A DNA stretch of 64,000 bases from Leptogorgia sarmentosa (Eukaryota). The translations under genes and the position numbers were made by a program. The notes beneath the pieces were generated by a model. It worked only from the letters and a program-made list of their open reading frames with translations. It had not been told where the DNA came from and ran no database searches. Location: contig OZ210885.1 in the NCBI GenBank assembly GCA_964658305.1, positions 18,352,001-18,416,000 on the forward strand, read 5' to 3'. Of the stretch, positions 26,671-38,137 are shown piece by piece. Numbering within the stretch: position 1 is the first letter of the stretch; each line of letters begins with the position of its first letter.

Positions 26671-26707
26671 ATTAAGCTGATAAGAACAGATACTACACTT
26701 GATCTTA
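26671..26707 (-). pseudogene. U2: U2 snRNA middle segment (nt 22-58) including branch-site recognition sequence
   Basis: TAAGATCAAGTGTAGTATCTGTTCTTATCAGCTTAAT. Confidence 0.9.
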
Positions 26708-29700
26708 TTTTGAATTGTACGACGACGGGCTTCTCGACTCCGACGGTGCAATGGAGCCTGAACCCGGTGCAATCGCCACATTCAGGGGGGTCACTACAGG
26801 TGACGCGGATTGACAGAGGTCATGAACCCCTCCCCCGTGCCATGAAACAACTGTGAATGGCCTGGACGATCCGGTGCTACCCACCTTCACGCCCAGGGAT
26901 CCCTAACCTATGATGGTGAAATGGCCGGAGTATGATGTTGAGCTAGACGGATGCAACATGAGCAGCGACCCCAAGATCTAAAACATTGAAAACCTGTGCA
27001 GCCTACCCGAACGAAATTCGAGCAAACCACAGGACAAAAATTGAACATACAGGCAGCCCAATCCGTTACAGGCAGTACAACCAGTAAAGGCGACCACCCA
27101 ATCGTCATGGTGACACATTACATGCAAATAAAAATGTTATGACCACCACCACAGCTCATCTGTGAATATAACATCATCATTTTCGGGAGACACCACACCA
27201 AACAACCCTCCTGCTAACCATAATTCCAAATACCGGTCCCTGGGACAATGTCTGCGCTGCATACGTAGCGTAAAACGCAACGTGGATTTGGTGGAAGAAA
27301 GTAGATCCGCATGTTCTACTGGGATCTGATCGAATCGCCATCCGTTGCGTGCTACCCATATTCTATGTTTGATGATACCCAAGAGGCAAGGAAAAAGTGG
27401 TGGAAGTTTCTCCGCCTGTTTGTACCTGGTTAAAATCTGCGCTGGAGTGGGGGCAGTGACACGAAGCCTCACACGATGTACCAGCGAGGAGTACCAGCTA
27501 ACAAGCTGCCGTGCCACGGAACATTCCACAAAAAGATGAATGAGGGATTCTGCTTGCCCCCAGTGGCACTCAGGATCCACTGACATTCCAAATCGCATCA
27601 AGCGGTCTGCAGTCGGCAAGATGCCATGGGCTATCAACCAAGCCGTGTCACGCACTGGTCTGATGAACCGCCAAAGATGGAGGTTCATCCACACCGTACG
27701 CCATTCAATGTCTAGGCCCCAAGACCGGTACCTCTGCACACACTTGTGCTCTTCTTGGTCAAGTTTAGAGAGAACCCGGTAAACAAATTTGGCAGACAAT
27801 TCAGTCAAAGGACTGACTTGTGTACCAATTCCTTTTATTACGATAACCCCATCCGCCCTTTCGCTATGGAGTCGGAACCAGGCCTTCATTATTGATTTGT
27901 AAAAAGGAGGAAGAAGATCTATTGCGTATGGAGGAGGCGACGGCAGCATAAGTATGTCTTCTATACTTCGCCCGCTGAACGCTATACGGAGATGGTATCT
28001 AAAAAAGAACATCCCTGGAGCATCGGGGTTTTCAACCAACCTACGTACCCAAACTGCATGCAGTGAGGCGACCTTCCTTTGTATGTCAACTATCCCTAGA
28101 CCCCCTTGTCCAAAGCGTTGCGTTGCTGAGGTCCGAGCCAGCCATTCTCGGCGCTTCCCCCAGACAAAGGGGAACACTACCTTTTCCATAGCAGTCGCCA
28201 CCTGTCCAGGCAAAGCCAGGAAAGACAGGAGGTACCAAAATCTACTATACCCGAGCATGTTGGCTACAAGGGCACGCCTGTGGAAGGAAAGCTGCCTAGA
28301 CTGCCAAGAGGCAATCACTTTGGTGAGCTCCCCCACTTTGGAATCCCAATCCTCCTCTTCCGACTGGTTGGAAAGTGTGGAACCCATAATTTTTATGTTG
28401 GCAGACGACCAATCTAGGTGTACAGGTAAGTCGGTACGTCTGACCCATGTGCCTATAAGCAACCCATGTGACTTTGTCACATTCAATTTTGCTCCGGATG
28501 CCTTTTCGTATCGCCCAAAAACTGAAAAGACAGCTTTCGTCTGCGTACTGACAAATTTTTGCCCGACGTGTACGGGCCATAAACATTGCACAGTTGGAAG
28601 TCAAGGGTCCCACTTGCAAACCGGGCAGAAACCATCCTCCCCTGTGTGTCTCTACTACACGACGACAGTTCAAATTTTGTTCTATAAAGAATTGCCACCC
28701 CACAACTTCTATTAGAACCAGGAGACGAAATACAATTATACTTCTGGCGGAGAATACCATTATCCTTTGCGGATTTTAGCCATGATGACATCTCTTCCTC
28801 CGAAACTGCATGCATCTCTTGGAGGCACAAAAAATCTGCTTTGCAGCAATTTAACCAAGAAAATAACGTGTCCCGATTGTCTACGGAACGTAAACTCTGA
28901 CAATTTAAAGAAATTATTTCAACGCTTTCCATTGAAAAATCAAGCAACGGAATCCCTCCTCAACAAAAGTTTACGAGAACGAGTTGTGCGGCCAGAGCCA
29001 AAGACTGGTCGCGGCCGTGTCTTTTTTGAGGAGAACAAATCGAAATCAGCGGAAGAAGTCGGAGAGCCTTGTTTTACGGAAGGCAACTTCACCTGAGTGC
29101 GTTGGGTCAAAGGGAATTCCATAGAATCAGTAGCCTGGGACGTTTGCATATGTTTTCCATCATTGTCGGGATCCTGGGGGGTTTCTAAGGTCGTTTCCAT
29201 CTGGTCGTCATTGGTGTCAAGCTTGCTTTACTCTTCATTTTCATCGTCTGGGGGTAAAGGGAGTAATTCAGCGGGAGTTTTAAATAGGTCTTGGGAAGGG
29301 TCGAGCCTGGTGGACTTAACACTGCCTGCCACTTCCCCCCTGTCTTCCTGCTCTTCTGAGCTGTCCGAGCTGTCCGAACTGTCAGAACTGTCGGTGCTAC
29401 TCACTTCACACCGGGGTCTTTTGTTAGAAGAGGTGGACGCTTTTGATGGTGCCTTTCCATCAACATTATCCTCTCTCTCTGGAGGCTTGTCTTGTTTATT
29501 TGCCAAGGTGGCAGCCTTTACTACCTGCTGCTCTATTACTGTAATCTCACCTTCAACTGGCTCATTAATCGGTTGCTCTCTAACCTCTGTAGCCGTACCT
29601 GTCACATCAGAAGCCGTCACAGTACCTGCAGTTGGGGTGATACTTTCATCAGTATTAGGGCCCTGTAGCCCTTGCTGAACCGCTTCAGCGAATGAAGTCG

Positions 29701-30918
29701 GAATTGGACGAGGAGGAGGTACAGCCTCTCTTCGTTCAGGTTGCTGTTCACTTGCCTTTCCAGCGTTTTCAGTAGAGGTGGTTGTCTGACCTCGAGTGCC
29801 CTGTGGGCATTGCGCCCTCGTATGACCCGTTTTATGACACCTAAAGCAAGTGGGAATTTGCCCCGGGTAGAAGATGTTGCACCAATGATCTGCCACCCGA
29901 ATGGATGACGGAATTGGCGTTTTAATCTCAATTAATGCATGCCTGATACCTATATGCACACCTTTGTATGTGTCTGCCTTTTATATTAATTATTTTGCCA
30001 TATGGCTTAAGGGCCTCTTCAATGGCTTCATTCTGTATTCCATAGCTAAGTCGGGTGATTGTCACCCACTTGGCAGATCGGCATGGATTAAACTTGACCG
30101 GGGTGTTGTGGAAAGAGAGACCTAAATGGGATACTTCCTCTAGGGCTCGTTCGGTTCGGCATGTTACTCTCACCTTCCTAGGCGACAGTAGCACGAAGGC
30201 TTCAAACAAAGCCTCAAAATTACTTGGGACTTGGTCCCGGAAAGAATCAACTATGGCCTTGATGTTGACTTTGGCCTGGCCTTCTCCTAAGGGCAGATCT
30301 ACATCTGCCGTACGATTGGTGAATGGTATTCGCATTCACAACAACATTGTTCCACGAAGACCTAAAGCTTCGAGAGAACGTAATTAGAAAAACCTAGTAA
30401 TAATAAATCCAAAACGAGGACCAACAGCCTCGAAACAAAAAATACTATACCTAATCGAGGACCAGATGCCTCGAAAGAAAAAAACCCTAAACGAGGACCA
30501 ACAGCCTCAAAACAAAAACAAAAATTAATTCCTAAACGAGGACCAAATGCCTGGAAACAAAAACAAAAAATTAATTCCTAACAGAGGACAAAATGCCTCT
30601 CAATCAAAAATGAAATGTGGAGAAAAATAACGGAGGGTGTCCAACCCCCGTGGACAGATACAGAGAAAGGAAACAGAGAGTGACAGGCTTCAGTCAAGCA
30701 CTTCCACCTGACCAGATGCAACAACGCAAGGTGGAAACAAGTCCGCCGCCTTAGAGTTACCCCCTAGAGGGCTCCTCAAACAGGCACAACTACACGAAAC
30801 CAACGACTGAACACGACTGGACCAGCAGGGAGCGATCTTCTTCACCAGGCTTGATCTTCGTTCTTCTTGTCTTCTTCTTCTTCTTTTAGCTTGATCTTCT
30901 TCACCAACAGCCAGAATG
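26708..30918 (-). mobile_element. Tx1-clade LINE inserted in U2 (internally deleted)
   Basis: ORF1 with CFRCHKTGHTRAQC knuckle; ORF2 APE start (SLNC..LCLQE), QYAD remnant, YEKASGAKLN, GGLG, zf-RVT ESLIHLF.EC; 5-bp duplication TAAGA. Confidence 0.9.
30395..30610. repeat. Degenerate tandem repeats (about 5 units) in Tx1 5' UTR
   Basis: Recurrent cctaaacgaggaccaa..gcctcgaaacaaaaa. Confidence 0.7.
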
Positions 30919-30944
30919 TCTTAGCCAAAAGGCAGAGAAGCGAT
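30919..30944 (-). pseudogene. U2: U2 snRNA 5' segment (nt 1-26)
   Basis: ATCGCTTCTCTGCCTTTTGGCTAAGA. Confidence 0.9.
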
Positions 30945-31643
30945 GCCTTCTTCGCCGTTCCACGCCATCTTTTAAGCGAGAAAAGCAAGGTGAAAAATGC
31001 GGTCCTCCTTCGCGCCGCAATCAGCAGCCGCGAAATCGCAAGCGAAACGAGCCGCAAACGTTGTGGCACGCGGTGATGATGACGCGTACAATCAATCGTT
31101 TGTGCGCTGCTAATTAATTCGGCTGCACACGCGAAACTTCTCGCGACGCACGCGTGTTCTCCACGAATTTCTGGCAATTTTTTGGCAGGCGCACGTGGCG
31201 CTTTTTCCCATTCGCTGGCTCTGCGACCGATTCGCGAATGGCAAATGAGCGACATGCATTGAGTTGAACGAAGCGTGTCCGGTTGCGCTTCGGTTGGAGA
31301 AATGACGAGTGCATTTGAATTGGAAATGGTTGTTTAACATAAGTCTAGTATAAAATGCATGATCGGTTGGCAGCGCGTGTATCGATTGACTCATTCATTC
31401 ATTCCATGTGACGTGCATACAACAAGGTGTGAGTAATCCAATTCCAATATTGATTGCATGGTTGTGTATTAGTTTCGAATGACCGCGATTTAGTATCGAG
31501 TTACACATGTTCGTGAAACACGCGGCCTGCAGTGTGAAGAGCACATAGAATTGTTGTCCCTTCAATAAACTAGGATGCCGACGCGACGACATTTGTAATA
31601 TCAGTTTTGAGTATTGGAAATGAGAATAATAAGATGAGGATAA

Positions 31644-31807
31644 AGGGGACGAGCGCGAACGCAGGTCCCCACTACCAGAAATTATACGCTCGAGTTACCC
31701 ACATTAGGGGTAATCGCAGGAGTCAACCCAGTCGAAGTGCAATGAAAGAGCCTCATCCTGAGAGGACCTCCTAGTTGATCAAGGTGCCTCTCGCGTCAGG
31801 TAAGTAT
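31644..31807 (-). ncRNA. U1: U1 snRNA, second copy (upstream region rearranged)
   Basis: Near-identical to 23983-24146; flanking spacer 31190-31643 matches 23535-23982. Confidence 0.92.
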
Positions 31808-32060
31808 GACTTCATGGCGCATACAATCGTATGCGCCATGAAGTCATACTTACCTGACGCGAGAGGCACCTTGATTCCTCGCGGTTGCAGCGTATACCCT
31901 AACCCTAACCCTTGCACCTTGATTCCAAGCATTCCTCGCGGTTGCAGCGTATAAAAGGTAATCACCTTTTATACGCTGCAACCGCGAGGAATGCTTGTGG
32001 AACGAATGCATGGGGATGAGTCTGTCTGTCGATAGATGGATCGATCGATCTCTCGGACTG

Positions 32061-32155
32061 CAAGCTTCAATCCCATGGCCGAGGTCGAAAAATCAGTTTA
32101 ATATACGAGTTAGGACATTGCCTAACATATCAGATATTAAGCTGATAAGAACAGA
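32061..32155 (-). pseudogene. U2: U2 snRNA fragment (nt 39 to ~133), second copy; 3' part deleted
   Basis: Matches 24664-24758; joined to spacer by a deletion. Confidence 0.85.
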
Positions 32156-32259
32156 AATTTTTTATTAACAATAAAGAAGAATTTTACATTGGTATAAGAT
32201 ATGTGGTAGTAAGTAACAAGATTATGAGAGAATATAGGAATATATAGCTATTTAACTGG
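32156..32259 (-). mobile_element. 3' end of a third U2-inserted retroelement (Keno/Utopia site)
   Basis: AATAAAAAATT abuts TCTGTTCTT at U2 nt 39; sequence unrelated to 24759 onward. Confidence 0.55.
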
Positions 32260-32629
32260 TTAGGGAGCAGTCATTATTAATGCCGGGGGGGTGGGGCGGA
32301 AGATATTTCTCAACATGTGATAAATTTTTGTTAGCCCCTCCTCTTTTCCTAATAATTTTTCAGGGCCCCCCTTAAGGATATAACTTATTTTCATGACCCC
32401 CCCCCCGCCCATAATACCTTTGAATACATTAGAGCAATAAAACCTTTTCATGTGGCAGTAAATACCAGTCCTGCCAAATTAAAGTGATCAATAATGTTCA
32501 TCCTTCTTTACTCTGAGCTGTAAAAAGAAGTTAAAAACTTTAATACAGGTGTGAAATACAATGCAATATAGTACGGTAGAACACACATACTGTAGGCTAT
32601 ACTATTTTCTCCACAAGAATCGTAATATA

Positions 32630-35600
32630 ATATTCATTTTTACCAATGTATTTTGAAAGCTTCCAGTTTCCAGCCAATCTACCACTTCTTGTTGACACAA
32701 ACAAGTTTTCGACATCGTCATTGTCGTCGTCACTATCTTCTATTTCACCATCTGCAACATCTGCGGTGCATGTGATGACCTGCAGCATAATATTAAATAC
32801 AAATTGTTGAATAAGATTAACAATCAACAAATTTAGGATAATTTAGGAAAGATATATTAAATTTGAAATAAACTGAATATCTTTTATGAAGTACCTCATC
32901 CATTTCATCGTCAGAATCAGAATTGTCACTAGTGTCCTCAAAACTGTCGGCAACATTTTCTATATTAGAACTGGCGTTTTGAAATGTTTGCAGGTTTACA
33001 TGATTTACGATTGCTTGAATTTTTTCTTTCTTCTTGAGCTTGAAGCAGCCCGTCATATTCTGCCTGATTAAGTACTTATCTAGTGTGCTGACTAGTAGTG
33101 TGTTTATAGCTTTGCTGTTAACAATCTCCAACCAGTTGATATCATCATTGCTTTGTTTTTGTTCTGCATCTCTTCTATTTCTTTTCTCTCTCTTTCTGGT
33201 TTCTCTTGTTGCTTCTTTATAATGCAACAACCTTGTTGGAACAGTTTCTTCAACTGTATCCTTGGGTTAAAATCATTCACTTCCCTTTTGCTGCCATCAA
33301 TATCTCTAGGTGTATCTTTAACATGTAGGTATTTAAACTGGTCCGATGCGTAATCAGGCATTGGCTCTGGTACTGGAAGACAAGCAACGTCAACCCATCC
33401 CATCTCTTGACAATGTGAACAGGCGGGGCCAATACTTGTGCAACCAAACTTTACAAACTCAAGGTACTTCTCACCTATGGTGACATGTTTTTCGGAGAAG
33501 TCCTCCAGTTTTGAATAGTAGTTATAGCAACTACTTCATTGTTCTTTCTTTCAACATAATCCAGCAGATAACGTTTATCCCAGTAGAACAGCTCATGAGC
33601 ATCTTTGCTCGCAAAACTTTTCATATACCCATCAGGAGCAACACCACAATCTATTCGCTCAGCAACTTCATCAGCCACTTTAAAAGCATTGAACTTCATT
33701 CTTTCAAGTTCTAACTCCCCCAGTTGGGAAGTTGTTATATTTGAAACATCCAAATTTGCCAAATTATCGGACTTTGTCTTGTGTTCCCACGTCAATGATC
33801 CACCATCACATACAGCATCACCTATATAAAGCAATTTTGGAAAACTTGTAAGGCAAACAGATGAAATAGGTGTCCTGTGCTAGGCTTATTTATGCTATAT
33901 GTTATAATATTGATTACTTAACCCAAAGTGCTTCACCAAGATGTATATTTACAACAACAACAACAACATAACAACATAACCTCGTTCGTAATATTTTGCA
34001 GTTTAATTCTTCAATGTGGAAGACTTCAATTGCACACAACATAAAGCAGTACAATGCATTGCTGCAATCCAAATCATGCAATACAATACAATTGTAAGTG
34101 ACATACCGACATAACTCTGGATCCTTTCCACTTCATTATGGCTACTGTCTCCAGGTGCAAGATGATGCCGTACATAGTAGTCATAATTCATTATTCTAAT
34201 CTCCTCCAATGAGCGCATCTTAACTTCATGATTAGTTATTCCCACGCCAGGTCCTGCGTCTGTGAAGTCAACAATTCTGGATTTATGTTTTGGCAGCCCA
34301 ACTTCACCAAGAAGATCTTTGCAATCACACAACTTGCCTTTCACGTCTTTCACACACGGGTCGTTGTCCTGTAAAGTATGCTTGTAGTACAATATACTAG
34401 CATGAAGTGCCTGTAGCTTTAATACCATCCGCCTTAGATATGCTTGCTCCATCTGGCAACAGTCATTTAACATTTCATCTATGCTTGACATGTGGGATTT
34501 AATTCTGGCTTCAAATATGTTGATTTTACTTTCCTCATAGTCTTGGAACTTTGGTCCATTTTTCACAAGTAAAGTGTCGTCTTCATCAAACTGATATGTA
34601 AAGTACCGTACTTCGTCACGTAGTGCGGTCATGATTGATCGAAATCGTTTGCTCTGTCATTCCAAAGGACGTTCTGCTTCATGCAACGCTGGTTCTCTGT
34701 GCTTAATTTCTGTCAAGTGGCTGGCCCATACAGTTCCTGAACTCCCAACGAAGTACTTAGGCTTTGTCACTACAACTGTTTGCTGGTTGTGTGTACTGAT
34801 GCACTCTTTGTTATTGACTAGTTCAATTCTTTTGTTCATGTAAAGGAACGTCCCTGGTGTGCAATTGGCCATGCTTTCTGGAAAGTCGTATTTCGGTAGC
34901 TTTTTTGCAAGTGCAGGATCAGTGGGCTGGTAAAGTTTTTGTGATCTTGCACTTCTCATACCCGTACTGGACATAAGTAGGCTTTGTCATCATAACTTCT
35001 GTATAGTGTAAAGTTTGGGTCCAATGGAGCTGCATTCATTGATCGTATTATATTTTTCTTTTGTGCTCTACAGTAGTGGGTAAGTAAACCAGAATTATCC
35101 TCAGCCTAGGGAGGTTTCTTGCAGCAAAAAAAATTTAAGTGCTTCTTTGCTTGGAATGACCGTTTGTTCTTGGGGTGTGATCTATTGTATGCCGTTGTCG
35201 ATGATTTAATAAGTGGGAGCGCCCTTTTCTTACGATTTACATTGACAATCTTCAGAAAGTCCTTTTTCTTTACGCGGTGGTTTAGATATACCACTGAGTC
35301 TTGCCTTCTCCCGTGTGCTGTTCCTTTGTCTGTGATACAGTCCAAGAGCATCCTTTCATCTTCTCCATCCATCCCTACTTTGCGACCACTACCCAATCGG
35401 CGTAACTTCAATCTTCTGTCCCTAATTAAGTTTTTTCAGCACCTAGACAACATCGATTTCTTTCTGGGTGTTTCCTCTTCCACTTTAAGCGACTTAAGAG
35501 ATTCAAGTGCAGTCTTTAATTCTTGTATATCTTCGGTTACTTCTTTAACTTGCATATCTGACCAAATATTCTGTTTTGATCTTAACAAAATCTCCTTTTC

Positions 35601-36365
35601 AATTACTTCCTCTTTCTTATGTATTCGCTGTTTGAGTTCTTCATCCACTATCGATTCAGATTCTTTTTCTATTTGCACAAGTTCACGAATGTAATCAAAG
35701 ACACTTTGCTCGTCATGGCAAATGGAGTCACTGTCAATTCCAAGAGAATCGAGTTCTGATCTTGAGCGATTTGCTCCAAGAACTACTCTCAAAACCTTTC
35801 GATCCCACTCTGTATCGAGTGCCTTGTATAAGTTTTGAAAGTTTTCTTTATTAAGTTCAAATCGATTGGTTTGTATGTCATCATCTTTATGAATTAACTC
35901 AAGAAAAAACTCTTCCAAATCCAGATCGTCGGGTCTGAGTACTATCCACTGGTTACTTTTGAATGAGATCACGTAAACACAAAGACCAAACTCTGGGTGA
36001 AGAAGAAGCTCCTTAAACCGTTTCCTCTGATCACGAGTTTTAATATTTACACCACCATGAGGAAGAGAGCTGTAACTCTTGTACAAATTAAATGCCTCTT
36101 CAAAATCAATATAACTAACAATGCGTGTGGAACCATCAGCGTAATTTGCTTTGGCTAAGAGACAATCTAAAATGGCACGCAAACCTCGCAGAGGCTCAGC
36201 AAATGACGAGTCCGGAGATATCTTCTTAATCTTGCTTTCAAGAACGGGTAGATTTTCACTCAATTTACACGATTGGAGAGATTTGAGAACAACTTCATTT
36301 TCCTTCGAGAGACATCTTATTGATGATCGCACACTGTTAGAAGACTGTCTGGGAAGTGCCGCCAT
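32630..36365 (-). pseudogene. Zator-like transposase, frameshifted and probably spliced
   Basis: Chain of ORFs 36365-35436, 35411-35106, 34974-34657, 34632-34003, 33834-33475, 33403-33104, 33230-32817. Confidence 0.7.
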
Positions 36366-36445
36366 CTTTTTAATTTTCGCGCGAAAATCCGGTGTAGAGG
36401 TAGTACTTCACCTAAGATAAATACAGTTGATTGAACGTAATCAAA

Positions 36446-37898
36446 ATGGCTGACATGGACAACATTGTCATGGATGACCACCCACACACAAAAGGTGTTT
36501 GTTTAAATGAAGTCTATTTATTTTTGAAAGAGAAGGGGTTTGAACAATATTGGTCTAGCTTTGATAGCAATGGGTATGACAACATTCAACAACTAACTGA
36601 AATGTCACCTGACGAACTAGAGGAAGTACTTGACGATGTCAAAATGACAAAGAAGGGTCATCGAAAGAGGCTAAAAGCTCTATTGGCGATTCGATCTGTG
36701 CCAGGAAGCAAAGAGAGTGAAAAAGCAACCACATCGCAAAAGGCACACATTGCAAGTGCGAAATCAAAATGTATGTAATTCCAAAACTTTTGAAAAAAAA
36801 TGATTATTTCAAATTATACAATTTACACTATTTAATATTTGACATTGGCAGCTACTTTCCTTTATATTATTAAAAAAAATTGAAAATATTGTTTTCCCTA
36901 TTTCAGTGCCAAACTATATAGCACAGAGATTACTGATTCCAGATCCTGAAATGGCAAAACACCTGTTTTTCAATGAAGTTCTCTATGAGTTGTTTGAGGC
37001 ATCCTATGACATCATGAATCCAGAATCATTTGTTCGGTATGTGATTGATCAACGCCCATTTCGTTGGAAAATTGAGTGTAAGTTGGAAAAGATAAAACTC
37101 TTTGAAACTCAGCTTGTTAGCTCCAATGATGGGAACTGGCTTAATGTCAGAAAATACTCTGAAAATAAAACAACTCTAACTGCTAAACACCTGGTTCCAG
37201 CAGAGAGCACATTAAAATTCCTTGAAGAAAAAATAGAAGGCATACATGTTTTTGTTGAGGAGTGTATACAATTGAAGAGCAAACTTTATAATAAAGAAAA
37301 TTCTGTTCTTCCATGGAAGGCAAATGAGTTGTTATTTTTGGAAAGAGTAGCTACAGAGGCCAGAACACTGGAAATAAAACTGGCAAAAATCAAGGGTGAT
37401 GTGCAAGAGCAATTTGATTTTTTGAAAACAAGAGTACCTGGAGGAATTGCTACTAAATGTGAGAACAGCCGCTCTGCAAGAAGGAAAAAGGAAAACAAAA
37501 GAAAGTTTCGAAAGAGAAAGAATAAAAGAGCATTGTCAAGCAGTGTCAAGGTAATGGATGCTATCCTGTCTGACACAGAAAGAAAAAATGTAATTGTCAA
37601 GCAGGTGGAAAATGCTGACTTCAGCTTTACCATAAAGGAAGAAGATGTCAACATGGATGGTCTCTCATTACTCTGACAAAAATTTCACAAACCTGGTCTG
37701 ACATTGTTGGTGGCAAAACATGTTTTCTCAAATGATGCACTTAAATTGGTTCAAAAAGTGCTGGATGATTTTCAGGAAAACATTAATGGAAAGAGAAATC
37801 AAGTGAGGAAAAAGAGAAAGGTTACAACTGGATCAATAATGTTGCTTCATACTGCTCTGGCAAATACTGTGAAATCTAATGAACAAAACTCTTTGTGA
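36446..37898 (+). pseudogene. Second gene of the element: SAM-domain protein, 2 exons, one in-frame stop
   Basis: VYLFLKEKGFEQYWSSFDSNGYDNIQQL..KKGHRKRL; intron 36771-36906 keeps frame; TGA at 37674. Confidence 0.65.
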
Positions 37899-38137
37899 CT
37901 TTGTGTTCAGAAACAGACTAAGACCAGTGATATTTAAAAAACTATCCATTATGTGAAATCTATTGTTTAAATTATAGTGAATTGCTTATGTTTTATGCTT
38001 ATTGTACATTATTTTTTACAGCCCCCCCTTTTTATTCTTTAATTTTTTCCTGGCCCCCCCTTAATAGTTAAAAAAATTTTCATGGCCCCTCCAAATATCT
38101 TCCGCCCCACCCCCCAGCATTAATAATGACTGCTCCC

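Larger units (their letters stand above)
32263..38137. mobile_element. Zator-like DNA transposon
   Basis: ~45-bp TIR GGGAGCAGTCATTATTAATGC..GGGGCGGAAGATATT; TTA on both sides; transposase motifs TDAGPG, APGDSSHNEVER. Confidence 0.75.

Noticed and set aside
31897..31912. Chromosome end
   Set aside because: Fewer than three telomeric units, embedded internally
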